Both the position numbers and the translations under genes were made by a program. From sequence record OR062947.1: 64,000 nucleotides of DNA, one strand, 5' to 3'. Positions 8,714 to 18,206 of this stretch are shown one piece after another. Position 1 is the first letter of the stretch. The number at the start of each line of letters is the position of its first letter. The DNA is from Escherichia phage 348Ecol098PP. The notes under the pieces are model-generated. The model saw nothing but the letters and a program-made list of their open reading frames with translations. It did not search any database and was not told where the DNA came from.

Positions 8714-8953
8714 ATGGAACAAGAATTAGACATTACTACATCGAAAAAACGTCTTGAAGTCGTAGTGAATGGTTCAACTATTAAGTTTGTATATGACACT
8801 TTAACTGATGCTATTACCGTTAGTTGTGGTGGAAAGGCTTTTAGTCTAGATTCTACTGAAAACAAATACCCGTTCTATAAAGGTATCTTTGATATGGGTG
8901 TTGATATCAGTGTTCGTCAAGCAAACTATTTACATTATCTTATCACGAAATAA
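8714..8953 (+). CDS. hypothetical protein
   Basis: ORF track; RBS GAGGAAAA. Confidence 0.6.
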   Translation: MEQELDITTSKKRLEVVVNGSTIKFVYDTLTDAITVSCGGKAFSLDSTENKYPFYKGIFDMGVDISVRQANYLHYLITK

Positions 8954-8982
8954 TGCACAAACTCTTGAGAGCAGAGTATAAT
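8954..8982 (+). promoter_or_regulatory. early-type promoter with hairpin-forming spacer (copy 1 of a 34-bp element)
   Basis: TGCACA-N18-TATAAT; spacer contains TGAGAGCA/TGCTCTCA inverted repeat; identical element at 53806-53839. Confidence 0.4.
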
Positions 8983-9019
8983 GCTCTCATTGGATAATAA
9001 AACAACCGAGGAAAATAAT

Positions 9020-9352
9020 ATGTCTACTAAAATCAAAAACGTAGTTAATTCTTTCGCTTTCGATAAAGTTGTTGCTCTTCTGGAATCCGGCAATATTGTT
9101 ACTCCTCAAGTTCTTGACGCGTGGGAATTCCGTCTTTATGAAATCATGCAAAAACACGACCAGAAAATTGGACGTAATTCTATTCGCGAAATTCTAGTAC
9201 AATATATTCTTTCTGAATTTGACGTTGCTGCATTTGGTGTTGAATCTAAAGCTTATCAGAAACATGAAATCTCTGAAAAAACTATCCGTCGTATGAAAAA
9301 TCAACGTAAGAAAAAATTCGTTGACCTGAAAATTGTTAAGGCGGTAAAATGA
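9020..9352 (+). CDS. hypothetical protein
   Basis: ATG 9020 with GAGGAAAATAAT RBS. Confidence 0.6.
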   Translation: MSTKIKNVVNSFAFDKVVALLESGNIVTPQVLDAWEFRLYEIMQKHDQKIGRNSIREILVQYILSEFDVAAFGVESKAYQKHEISEKTIRRMKNQRKKKFVDLKIVKAVK

Positions 9353-9576
9353 GCGTATTAACAGAAACTTTGATTAATGACCTGCGTCTAGCTGGTTACG
9401 AAGTTGGTACAAATAGCCTAGGTCTTCCTCAGATTGAAGGGCCTGGATTTATTCTAGAATACGAATTCAAACAATGGTGGTTATATGCTACGGTTGACGA
9501 TGCGTTGAATATTGATTTCGTTGACCAATTTGATTCGTTGGATGCTGCCTTATTTGCAGCAAAGGAAATAGAATGA
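9349..9576 (+). CDS. hypothetical acidic protein
   Basis: ORF track; ATGA coupling. Confidence 0.55.
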   Translation: MSVLTETLINDLRLAGYEVGTNSLGLPQIEGPGFILEYEFKQWWLYATVDDALNIDFVDQFDSLDAALFAAKEIE

Positions 9577-9731
9577 AACTATCTTGAATCGCTATAACCG
9601 AAGAAAAGTTTGGTGAATTTTAAGTCGACAACTTTATGAAAGTTACGTATCTTTGATAGTATCTCGTGCTTTAAGATAGGTCTCTAAATATTATGATATA
9701 ATAGACCTATGAATTGAGCCAAGAGGTACTT

Positions 9732-10289
9732 ATGACTGAACAAAAACCTAAAAATAACTATGTGAATAATAAAGAGCTTCTCGCCGCTATAATCGAGTGG
9801 AAAAAGGAGCTCTTAAATAATAAAGACCCAAACAAAATTATTCGTCAGAATGATACCATCGGTTTAGCAATTATGCTTATCGCCGAAGGCCTGTCCAAAC
9901 GTTTCAACTTTTCAGGATATACCCAGTCTTGGAAGCAGGAGATGATTGCAGATGGGATTGAAGCCTCTATTAAGGGACTTCATAATTTCGACGAAACTAA
10001 GTACAATAACCCACATGCATACATAACTCGAGCTTGTTTTAATGCCTTTGTCCAACGTATCAAAAAAGAACGTAAGGAAGTTGCAAAGAAATATAGTTAC
10101 TTCGTTCATAATGTCTACGACAGTCATGACGATGATATGGTAGCGTTGGTAGATGAAACGTTTATTCAAGACATCTACGATAAAATGACGCATTATGAAG
10201 AATCCGCTTATAAAGCTCCTGGGGCTGAAAAGAAGGAAGTTGTTAGCGATTCGCCTAGTTTGGATTTTTTATATGAGGATGACAATTGA
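9732..10289 (+). CDS. 55: late-transcription sigma factor gp55
   Basis: NYVNNKELL...[48 protein letters not shown] matches T4 gp55; ATG 9732 after AAGAGG RBS. Confidence 0.92.
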   Translation: MTEQKPKNNYVNNKELLAAIIEWKKELLNNKDPNKIIRQNDTIGLAIMLIAEGLSKRFNFSGYTQSWKQEMIADGIEASIKGLHNFDETKYNNPHAYITRACFNAFVQRIKKERKEVAKKYSYFVHNVYDSHDDDMVALVDETFIQDIYDKMTHYEESAYKAPGAEKKEVVSDSPSLDFLYEDDN

Positions 10290-10488
10290 CATCTCTAACT
10301 ACTTAGAAGAACCTTTTGACGAAGCAATCCCTTATTTGGTAAAACTGTTGGGTCGTGAATTTAAAATTAATTTTGACATCGACCCTTTGAACCCACATGA
10401 CGTGTCATTTTCGATAAATGGGACTCCGGTTGAGTATGAGTTCTGTATTGAAGAGGATGGACGTTTTTATTTTAATTTAATGAGATAA
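10273..10488 (+). CDS. hypothetical protein
   Basis: ATG 10273/10279 overlapping gp55 stop; ORF-track frame. Confidence 0.45.
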   Translation: MRMTIDISNYLEEPFDEAIPYLVKLLGREFKINFDIDPLNPHDVSFSINGTPVEYEFCIEEDGRFYFNLMR

Positions 10489-10489
10489 T

Positions 10490-10813
10490 ATGACTACCGA
10501 GATTATTGAAAATAAAGAAGCAGAAGATGCAGTAGCTAAAATGCTACAAGAAATCCAAAAGAAAAATGAAGCTGAAGCACGTAAAAAATCCGAAAAGATT
10601 CTTAAAAAGAATCGTTTTGAACTAAACCGTCTTTATGCTCATGCTCAAGAAGCAGCAATTCAAAACAACTTCGAAGCTTACGAATATGCTATTAAGAAAT
10701 CTCGGGATATTCTACGACAACCATATAACGACAAGCTAATTAAAATCCAGTGGGTTACTACTCGTCAGGCTATTGAGGACATCATTAATGGCGCTAGTTC
10801 AAACAAAGTTTAA
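10490..10813 (+). CDS. hypothetical protein (helical, K/E-rich)
   Basis: ORF track. Confidence 0.6.
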   Translation: MTTEIIENKEAEDAVAKMLQEIQKKNEAEARKKSEKILKKNRFELNRLYAHAQEAAIQNNFEAYEYAIKKSRDILRQPYNDKLIKIQWVTTRQAIEDIINGASSNKV

Positions 10814-10994
10814 ACGTCTGAAGCTGAACGCAGGGTTCACCCTTAAATTGGGAGGTCCTCTTTGTGTTAAAATCTCTGAAAAGGAATATCACGACTGTTC
10901 TATTACAGAAATTTGTCCGCCTATTGTAAAGGCAGACCCAAAACAACTCGTGTGGGTTGATTCATTTCAAGTTAAGAAATGGTGGAAACGATGA
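10788..10994 (+). CDS. hypothetical protein
   Basis: ATG 10788 in ORF-track frame. Confidence 0.45.
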   Translation: MALVQTKFKRLKLNAGFTLKLGGPLCVKISEKEYHDCSITEICPPIVKADPKQLVWVDSFQVKKWWKR

Positions 10995-11033
10995 GAGAAA
11001 TCGATTTAGGTATTTTCTGAGAGGTGCTTATGC

Positions 11034-11207
11034 ATGACGAACATCCCGACTTCTGAAAATTTCGATAAAATCCGTAAAGGCAAAGCAGAAAGAATGAGAC
11101 GTTTTAAAGAGTCTTATGATAAAGCTAAAGCCGAAGGAACTATTACATACAAGCCCATTCGATTTAAAAGTTCAAATGAGCCTCTGTACGGTGTACTATG
11201 TGGATAG
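11034..11207 (+). CDS. hypothetical small protein (57 aa)
   Basis: manual translation; GAGAGG RBS 9 nt upstream; followed directly by terminator. Confidence 0.4.
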   Translation: MTNIPTSENFDKIRKGKAERMRRFKESYDKAKAEGTITYKPIRFKSSNEPLYGVLCG

Positions 11208-11230
11208 GAACTCTTCGGAGTTCCTTTTTT
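11207..11230 (+). terminator. rho-independent terminator (UUCG tetraloop hairpin + T6)
   Basis: GGAACTC-TTCG-GAGTTCC-TTTTTT. Confidence 0.65.
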
Positions 11231-11253
11231 GCTTTATAAACGGATGATAGAAT
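11230..11253 (+). promoter_or_regulatory. middle (MotA-dependent) promoter candidate upstream of gene 47
   Basis: MotA box TGCTTTA, 11-nt spacer, TAGAAT -10. Confidence 0.5.
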
Positions 11254-11276
11254 GAATTAACTAATGAGGAAATAAT

Positions 11277-12296
11277 ATGAAAATTTTGCACTTAGGCGAC
11301 TTCCATATCGGAGTCAAACAAGATGACCCATGGGTTCAAGATATTCAACGTGACGGTATTCGTCAAGCAATTGAATACTCTAAGAAACACGGGATTAAAA
11401 CTTGGATTCAGTACGGTGATTGGTTTGACGTCCGTAAAGCAATAACACATCGTACAATGGAATTCAATCGTGAAATCGTTGATATGATTTCTAAAGCAGG
11501 CATTCACGTTCATGTCACGATAGGAAACCATGACATGGCGTTTAAGAATACAATAACACCTAACACTGTTTCTGAATTGTTAACTCAATTTGAAAACTTT
11601 ACTATTTACGAGCATCCAACTACTGTAGATTTTGACGGATGTCTGATTGATATCGTTCCATGGATGTGTGAAGAAAATACAGGTGAAATCTTAGAGCACA
11701 TCAAGACTTCTTCTGCAGCGTATTGTGTTGGGCACTGGGAACTGAACGGCTTTTATTTCTATAAAGGAATGAAGTCTCATGGGCTTGAACCTGATTTCTT
11801 AAAGACCTATAAACAAGTCTGGTCCGGCCACTTCCACACAATCTCTGAAGCTGCTAACGTCAAATATATTGGGACACCATGGACCCTTACTGCAGGTGAT
11901 GAGAACGACCCGCGCGGATTCTGGGTATTTGACACTGATGTTGAACGTATGGAATTTATTCCTAATGAAACAACATGGCATCGACGAATCACTTATCCGT
12001 TTAAAGGCAAAATCAATTATTCTGATTATACTAATCTAGCAGTACGTGTTATAGTATCAGAAATTGATTCAGAGTTGACTAAGTTTGAATCTGAACTTGA
12101 AAAAGTAGTTCACTCTCTTCGTATGGTTTCTAAAGTTGATAACAGTGTTGAATCTGATGATGACCAGGAAATCGAGATTAAATCACTTCAAGATATCATT
12201 AAAGAATATATTGACGCGATTCCAGATATCTCAGACGAAGATAGAGAAGCGCTGGTCAAATATTCCAACGAACTTTATATTGAGGCAACACAATGA
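11277..12296 (+). CDS. 47: recombination endonuclease subunit gp47 (Mre11/SbcD-like)
   Basis: 339 aa; N-terminal HLGDFH phosphoesterase motif, GNHD; synteny with 46. Confidence 0.92.
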   Translation: MKILHLGDFHIGVKQDDPWVQDIQRDGIRQAIEYSKKHGIKTWIQYGDWFDVRKAITHRTMEFNREIVDMISKAGIHVHVTIGNHDMAFKNTITPNTVSELLTQFENFTIYEHPTTVDFDGCLIDIVPWMCEENTGEILEHIKTSSAAYCVGHWELNGFYFYKGMKSHGLEPDFLKTYKQVWSGHFHTISEAANVKYIGTPWTLTAGDENDPRGFWVFDTDVERMEFIPNETTWHRRITYPFKGKINYSDYTNLAVRVIVSEIDSELTKFESELEKVVHSLRMVSKVDNSVESDDDQEIEIKSLQDIIKEYIDAIPDISDEDREALVKYSNELYIEATQ

Positions 12297-12550
12297 CTTT
12301 AGATGAATTTAACAATGCTGGTCTCAGGCTTGAAGTCGAAATGGACGTTAAAGATGATGATGGATTCGAGAACACTATCAAGTATTGGATTGAGCCATTA
12401 CGCGTTGAAGGCAATGAAGTTAAAGCAGTTCATGTCTGCACCGACTGGGCTATTGAATTTAGCTTTAATATAATGGACAACGATACTCCTGGCTCTATTC
12501 TTAAAATGGCTGAAGCGTGTATTGAGGACGCGTATAATGACGAAGACTGA
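12293..12550 (+). CDS. hypothetical acidic protein
   Basis: ORF track; ATGA coupling to 47. Confidence 0.55.
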   Translation: MTLDEFNNAGLRLEVEMDVKDDDGFENTIKYWIEPLRVEGNEVKAVHVCTDWAIEFSFNIMDNDTPGSILKMAEACIEDAYNDED

Positions 12551-12776
12551 TTACGAAATCCATCGTCATGAATTTAGTATTGGTGACGGTTATATTGGTG
12601 TCGTTGAATGGGCTGAGAATTACGAGGAATCAACTCCTCGTTTCTTTGGAACAATGTATGTTACCTGTGAGTACGCGCCAGGTGTTGTTATATATGCAGA
12701 ACTAGATGAATATTTTGCTGATAGAGATGACATGTTAAAATATGTAGAGGACTTCATTCGAAGAGAATACATATGA
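12537..12776 (+). CDS. hypothetical protein
   Basis: ATG 12537 in ORF-track frame. Confidence 0.5.
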   Translation: MTKTDYEIHRHEFSIGDGYIGVVEWAENYEESTPRFFGTMYVTCEYAPGVVIYAELDEYFADRDDMLKYVEDFIRREYI

Positions 12777-14461
12777 AATCATTTAAATTAAATCGTGTTC
12801 GTTATCAAAACATCATGTCGGTAGGTGGGAATCCTATTGACATCCAATTAGATAAAGTCCAAAAGACATTAATCACTGGTAAAAATGGTGGTGGTAAATC
12901 TACGATGTTAGAAGCCATTACTTTCGGACTTTTCGGTAAACCATTTCGTGATGTTAAGAAAGGGCAAATCATTAATAGCACGAACAAGAAAGAGCTCTTA
13001 GTTGAGCTTTGGATGGAATTCGATGGTAAAAAATACTTCATTAAACGTGGCCAAAAGCCCAATATTTTCGAAATCTCCGTTGACGGTGTTCGTCTCGATG
13101 AATCTGCCAGCAGTCGTGACTTCCAAGAAGAATTTGAACGTAGCATCGGAATGTCATACGCGTCTTTTAAACAAATCGTTGTGCTTGGGACGGCAGGGTA
13201 TACCCCTTTCATGGCTCTTAGCACCCCTGCTCGTAGAAAACTTGTCGAAGACCTTTTAGAAGTCGGCACACTCGCTGAAATGGATAAAATCAATAAGTCT
13301 CAAGTTCGAGAACTTAATTCCCAGGGACAAGTTCTCGATGCCAAGAAAGATGGTGTTATCCAACAAATTAAGATTTATAACGAGAATATCGAACGTCAAA
13401 AGAAATTATCTGGTGATAATGTAGCGCGTCTACAGAATATGTATGATGACCTAGCCAAAGAAGCTCGTTCATTAAAAGCAGAAATCGAAGAAGCTAATGA
13501 GCGACTACTTAATATCGTTCTTGATGAAGACCCTACTGAGGCATTCAACAAGATCGGACAAGAAGCATTCTTGATTAAATCTAAAATCGACTCATATAAC
13601 AAAGTTATTAAGATGTATCATGACGGTGGCACATGTCCTACTTGTGCGTCACAGTTGCACCAGGGTGACCCTATTGTCTCTAAGATTACCGATAAGCTTC
13701 ATGAATGTAATCACTCATTCGAGCAACTTACATGTCACAGAGATAATCTGAGTGTCCTAGTGGACGAATATAGAGCTAATGTTAAGACTAAACAGGACCT
13801 TGCATCTGATATTCGTACCAAGAAACAAGCAATGATTGCCACTATTGATAAAGCTAAGAAAGTTAAAGCTGCAATAGAACAAGCCTCGGCGGAATTTATC
13901 GACCATGCCGATGAGATAGCTTTGCTTCAAAAAGAACTTGATAAAATCATTAAAACAAAATCAGATATCGTTCTTGAAAAATACCATCGTGGTATTATCA
14001 CAGATATGTTAAAAGATTCTGGTATTAAAGGTGCTATCATTAAAAAATACGTGCCTCTGTTCAACAAGCAGATTAACCATTATCTTAAAATCATGGAAGC
14101 TGATTACGTGTTTTCTATTGACGAAGAATTCAATGAATCTATAAAATCACGTGGCCGCGAAGAGTTCAGTTATGCTTCATTTAGTCAAGGTGAAAAAGCA
14201 CGTATCGATATCGCGTTATTGTTTACATGGCGAGATATTGCTGAAAAGGTCTCTGGTGTTAGAATCAATACATTAATTATGGACGAAGTCATGGATTCCG
14301 CGACTGATTCTGAAGGTATTAAAGCTATTTCAACAATTCTTAACTCTCTAACCGATGCAAACGTGTTTATAATTAGTCACAGAGACCATGACCCACAAGC
14401 TTATGGACAGCATTTGCAAATGAGCAAAGTTGGACGATTTACTGTAATGAAAGCCTCTTAA
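12773..14461 (+). CDS. 46: recombination endonuclease subunit gp46 (Rad50/SbcC-like ATPase)
   Basis: 562 aa; Walker A GKNGGGKST, zinc hook CPTC, signature/Walker B near C-terminus. Confidence 0.92.
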   Translation: MKSFKLNRVRYQNIMSVGGNPIDIQLDKVQKTLITGKNGGGKSTMLEAITFGLFGKPFRDVKKGQIINSTNKKELLVELWMEFDGKKYFIKRGQKPNIFEISVDGVRLDESASSRDFQEEFERSIGMSYASFKQIVVLGTAGYTPFMALSTPARRKLVEDLLEVGTLAEMDKINKSQVRELNSQGQVLDAKKDGVIQQIKIYNENIERQKKLSGDNVARLQNMYDDLAKEARSLKAEIEEANERLLNIVLDEDPTEAFNKIGQEAFLIKSKIDSYNKVIKMYHDGGTCPTCASQLHQGDPIVSKITDKLHECNHSFEQLTCHRDNLSVLVDEYRANVKTKQDLASDIRTKKQAMIATIDKAKKVKAAIEQASAEFIDHADEIALLQKELDKIIKTKSDIVLEKYHRGIITDMLKDSGIKGAIIKKYVPLFNKQINHYLKIMEADYVFSIDEEFNESIKSRGREEFSYASFSQGEKARIDIALLFTWRDIAEKVSGVRINTLIMDEVMDSATDSEGIKAISTILNSLTDANVFIISHRDHDPQAYGQHLQMSKVGRFTVMKAS

Positions 14462-15174
14462 TGAGGCTTATGTTTACAGTTATCAAAATGCCAACGACGC
14501 ATATTAGCAGGGATCCCTATTTTATCGCAATGAGGACATTTAATTTTCTTGTCCTCTTTTTTCTTTCTGTTAGGATTTGATTTACAGAATTTTATATGCG
14601 GCTTTAACGCCGATAACTTAGTAGTTAAGCCACAAAACGGACAAGAATCTTCTTTCCAAATTTTCGTGGCCATGGTTTTAATTATTTTATCTTTTGTTTC
14701 TTGATCAAGTTTTACTATTTTAGGCGTAGGGCCTTGTTTACAGTTATCAAAATGCCAACGTCTCATGTTTCCTTCAGTGCCGGTTAAACCGCAGTGTGGA
14801 CATGTAATCTTTGGTTTATTTTTTGCCGACTCAGACATTTTCTTACGAGTTTCAGCAGTGAATTCTTTGTTCTTTTGAACTTCTTGATTCTTACGTCGAA
14901 GCCATCCAAATAATTTGTTTTTGCTTCTATCTGCTTTAGGAGATGAGATAGTCATCATACGAGCAGCATATATTAAAGAGGCATTATCTGGATGGATTTT
15001 TACCAACAGTTGATGTGCCAAATAATGTTCTTCCGGTGTTAAGTCTACTAAGTTTAAAGCATCATCACTTCCACCTAAACATTGTGGTATAATGTGATGA
15101 CGTTCTGTATAACCATCTAAACTTCTTGATTTAGCATTGGTGATAAGCTTTTCGTATATTGAGTTATAATTCAT
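14458..15174 (-). CDS. HNH homing endonuclease-like protein with duplicated zinc-finger modules
   Basis: HHIIPQCLGGSDDALNLVDLTPEEHYLAH HNH motif; three CPxCG modules, two ending RRWHFDNCK; convergent with gene 46. Confidence 0.75.
   Translation of the reverse strand: MNYNSIYEKLITNAKSRSLDGYTERHHIIPQCLGGSDDALNLVDLTPEEHYLAHQLLVKIHPDNASLIYAARMMTISSPKADRSKNKLFGWLRRKNQEVQKNKEFTAETRKKMSESAKNKPKITCPHCGLTGTEGNMRRWHFDNCKQGPTPKIVKLDQETKDKIIKTMATKIWKEDSCPFCGLTTKLSALKPHIKFCKSNPNRKKKEDKKIKCPHCDKIGIPANMRRWHFDNCKHKPH
14471..14496. repeat. 26-bp perfect direct repeat, copy 1 (copy 2 at 14736-14761) inside HNH gene
   Basis: TGTTTACAGTTATCAAAATGCCAACG found twice 265 bp apart. Confidence 0.85.
14736..14761. 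repeat. 26-bp perfect direct repeat, copy 2
   Basis: identical to 14471-14496. Confidence 0.85.
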
Positions 15175-15228
15175 TTACTAAATCCTTATTTGATACAGCA
15201 ACAGATAAATTGATAAACCTATTTATAT

Positions 15229-15253
15229 TGCTTTAATCTCGGAGATTTATAAT
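15229..15253 (+). promoter_or_regulatory. middle promoter candidate (MotA box + TATAAT)
   Basis: TGCTTTA, 12-nt spacer, TATAAT; the -10 overlaps the ATG of ORF 15252. Confidence 0.4.
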
Positions 15254-15443
15254 GGCGGAGTATTCAACTGGCCAACATCTTCTCGTTGTCCCTGAAATTA
15301 AAAAATATGTTTTGACCAATACGTTTTCAGGTGAAGAACATATTGTTACTGAACAAATGCTCAAATCTGCTTTTAAAGATGAGTATAATAAAATAATGTC
15401 TAATCGCAATTCCGCATGGACAGTTACCGACTTCTACGAATAA
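15252..15443 (+). CDS. hypothetical protein
   Basis: ORF track; GGAGA RBS. Confidence 0.5.
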   Translation: MAEYSTGQHLLVVPEIKKYVLTNTFSGEEHIVTEQMLKSAFKDEYNKIMSNRNSAWTVTDFYE

Positions 15444-15455
15444 GAGAGAAATAAT

Positions 15456-15872
15456 ATGTTTACTACTGCTAAAGGTTTCACTGCTGCTGATCTGAAAGTT
15501 ACTTCTATCCGTACTGACGCTAACCCACATAACCATAATCGTGTTCGTAAAGCATGGGTCCTGCATTGTGATGACGCAAGTGCTAAAAAACTCCAATCTT
15601 TGCCACAAGAAACTCGTTTTATGATTTATGGTTTTATTGATAACGATGTATCTGATATGTGGATTCATCTGATGCGTAAGCACTATAAAGATTCTATTGA
15701 AGCCGGCGGAAAAATCGTTCTTGATAAAGATGGTTCTGAGCGTCTGGAAGATTTCTACTGTGTTGATGCCGACGAACAACTAATTGCAGCTGGCGAAATT
15801 GTTGCTTCTAAAATTCCAGAATATATTGAATCACTGCCTGAAGCTATTAAAAAGCAGATGGTTGCTGCATAA
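15456..15872 (+). CDS. rpbA: RNA polymerase-binding protein RpbA
   Basis: position immediately upstream of gene 45 and strong similarity to T4 RpbA as recalled. Confidence 0.75.
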   Translation: MFTTAKGFTAADLKVTSIRTDANPHNHNRVRKAWVLHCDDASAKKLQSLPQETRFMIYGFIDNDVSDMWIHLMRKHYKDSIEAGGKIVLDKDGSERLEDFYCVDADEQLIAAGEIVASKIPEYIESLPEAIKKQMVAA

Positions 15873-15914
15873 TAAATTTGTTATAAACTTTGAATTGTCT
15901 TGAAAGGAAATAAA

Positions 15915-16601
15915 ATGAAACTGTCTAAAGATACTATCGCTATTCTGAAAAACTTTGCCTCTATTAACTCTGGCATTCTGCTGAGTCAAGGTAAATTTAT
16001 TATGACTCGTGCAGTTAATGGCACCACTTATGCGGAAGCAAATATCTCTGATGAAATTGATTTTGACGTAGCACTTTATGATTTGAATAGCTTCTTAAGC
16101 ATTTTGAGTCTAGTGTCTGATGATGCCGAAATTTCAATGCACACCGATGGCAATATTAAAATTGCAGATACACGTTCCACAGTTTATTGGCCTGCCGCTG
16201 ACAAGAGCACCATTGTTTTTCCTAATAAGCCAATTCAATTCCCAGTGGCTTCTGTGATTACTGAAATTAAAGCCGAAGACCTTCAACAATTGCTTCGAGT
16301 TTCACGTGGTCTTCAGATTGATACAATTGCTATTACAAATAAAGATGGTAAAATTGTTATCAATGGCTATAATAAAGTTGAAGATTCTGGACTAACTCGT
16401 CCTAAGTATTCTTTGACTCTTACCGATTATGATGGTTCTAACAATTTTAACTTCGTAATCAATATGGCTAATATGAAAATCCAGCCAGGTAACTATAAAG
16501 TAATGTTGTGGGGAGCTGGTGATAAAGTTGCAGCCAAGTTTGAAAGCCCTCAAGTAAGTTATGTTATTGCGATGGAAGCCGATTCTACTCACGACTTCTA
16601 A
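15915..16601 (+). CDS. 45: sliding clamp gp45
   Basis: MKLSKDTIAILKNFASINSGI... closely matches T4 gp45 (228 aa); ATG 15915. Confidence 0.95.
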   Translation: MKLSKDTIAILKNFASINSGILLSQGKFIMTRAVNGTTYAEANISDEIDFDVALYDLNSFLSILSLVSDDAEISMHTDGNIKIADTRSTVYWPAADKSTIVFPNKPIQFPVASVITEIKAEDLQQLLRVSRGLQIDTIAITNKDGKIVINGYNKVEDSGLTRPKYSLTLTDYDGSNNFNFVINMANMKIQPGNYKVMLWGAGDKVAAKFESPQVSYVIAMEADSTHDF

Positions 16602-16634
16602 GTCAAAGCTTTACGTTTATTGTGATACGATTAT

Positions 16635-16650
16635 GGAGGAGAAATCCTCC
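16635..16650 (+). promoter_or_regulatory. GNRA-tetraloop hairpin in 45-44 intergenic region
   Basis: GGAGGA-GAAA-TCCTCC. Confidence 0.35.
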
Positions 16651-16676
16651 AGTTTAATGATAATGAGGAAAATTAC

Positions 16677-17639
16677 ATGATTACTATCAATTCCAAAGAA
16701 CACATTCTAGAACAGAAATATCGTCCTTCTTCCATTGACGAATGTATTCTGCCTGCGTATGACCATGAAACATTCAAGTCTTTAGTATCTAAAGGAAAAC
16801 TTCCTCATATTATTTTGCACTCTCCTTCTCCTGGTACAGGTAAAACAACCGTAGCAAAAGCATTATGTAACGATATCAACGCTGAAATGATGTTCGTCAA
16901 CGGTTCTGATTGTAAAATTGATTTTGTACGTGGACCGTTAACTGCATTTGCTCGTTCAGTCTCAATGGAAGGCAAGCCGAAAGTTATTGTTATCGATGAA
17001 TTTGACCGTAGTGGCCTCGCCGAATCACAACGTCACCTTCGTACATTCATGGAAGAATTCTCTAGTAACTGTTCTATTATTATTACTGCTAACAACATCG
17101 ATGGAATTATTGAACCATTACGTAGTCGTTGTCGAGTTATCGAATTCGGACGTCCAACCGAAGAAGATAAAATCTCGATGATGAAGAAAATGATTCATCG
17201 TATGGTTGAAATCTGTAAGAACGAAAATATCGAAATCGCTGATATGAAAGTTGTTGCAGCTCTGGTTAAAAAGAACTTCCCGGACTTTCGTCGTACAATT
17301 GGCCAATTAGACCAGTACTCGTCTAAAGGTGTTCTTGATGCGGGTATTTTGTCTATCGTAACTAATGACCGTGGCACAGTCTCTGATGTTATCGAAGCAA
17401 TGAAGAACAAAGATATCAAACAGCTTCGTGCATTAGCTCCAAAATATGCCGCAGATTATTCATGGTTCATCGATAAATTAGTTTCAGAATGTTATGACCA
17501 AGTTGCACCCGGTAAAAGTATTATTTCGCTTTATGAAATTGCAGGCGAAAATAATAAGTTTCATGGACTAGCTAGTAATATTGAATTACATGTTATGTAT
17601 ATGCTTCTTCAACTGACCTGCGAACTGACTTGGAAATAA
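16677..17639 (+). CDS. 44: clamp loader large subunit gp44 (AAA+)
   Basis: 320 aa; Walker [11 protein letters not shown]; near-identical organisation to T4 gp44. Confidence 0.95.
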   Translation: MITINSKEHILEQKYRPSSIDECILPAYDHETFKSLVSKGKLPHIILHSPSPGTGKTTVAKALCNDINAEMMFVNGSDCKIDFVRGPLTAFARSVSMEGKPKVIVIDEFDRSGLAESQRHLRTFMEEFSSNCSIIITANNIDGIIEPLRSRCRVIEFGRPTEEDKISMMKKMIHRMVEICKNENIEIADMKVVAALVKKNFPDFRRTIGQLDQYSSKGVLDAGILSIVTNDRGTVSDVIEAMKNKDIKQLRALAPKYAADYSWFIDKLVSECYDQVAPGKSIISLYEIAGENNKFHGLASNIELHVMYMLLQLTCELTWK

Positions 17640-17640
17640 T

Positions 17641-18204
17641 ATGAACTTATTCGATGATGACGTCCGGCTTAACGAGCACCAAATTGCATGGAAGTCTAAT
17701 GACGCTGATGCGATTCAAAAATGTGCTGATATGTTTAAAGAAAAACCTGAGAATGGATTCTTTAAAATCATTAATGCTATTAATGAAAAGAAATCTATGT
17801 CAATTGCTCAGGTCGACTATTCAAAATTTATGGTTGAGAACTCATTATCCCAGTTCCCAGAATGTATGCCAGCTGTTTACATGATGAACTTAGTCGGTTC
17901 TGAATTAAGTGATGAAGCGCACTTCAACTATATGATGGCGGCAATTCCGCGTGGTCGTCGATTCTCTAAATGGGCTAAACTAGTCGAAGACACTTCAGAG
18001 TTACTAGTTATCAAACTGTTGATGAAACATTACACAATCAACATGAATGATGCTACTGAGTATAAGCGGCTCCTTGAAAAAAATAACAAGTTGCCAATAG
18101 TCCTTAAAGAACTGAAGGCCATGGTCACTGATGAGTTTCTCAAAGAAGTTACAAAAAATGTGAAAGAACAAAAACAATTTAAAAAATTAGCATTGGAATG
18201 GTAA
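17641..18204 (+). CDS. 62: clamp loader small subunit gp62
   Basis: 187 aa; synteny 44-62-regA. Confidence 0.9.
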   Translation: MNLFDDDVRLNEHQIAWKSNDADAIQKCADMFKEKPENGFFKIINAINEKKSMSIAQVDYSKFMVENSLSQFPECMPAVYMMNLVGSELSDEAHFNYMMAAIPRGRRFSKWAKLVEDTSELLVIKLLMKHYTINMNDATEYKRLLEKNNKLPIVLKELKAMVTDEFLKEVTKNVKEQKQFKKLALEW

Positions 18205-18206
18205 AA

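Noticed and set aside
9661-9710. Late promoter upstream of gene 55 (CTAAATAT)
   Set aside because: Does not match TATAAATA; at most a weak -10-like element.
12805-13293. 162-aa minus-strand ORF inside gene 46
   Set aside because: Entirely antisense to gp46; no promoter or RBS; spurious.
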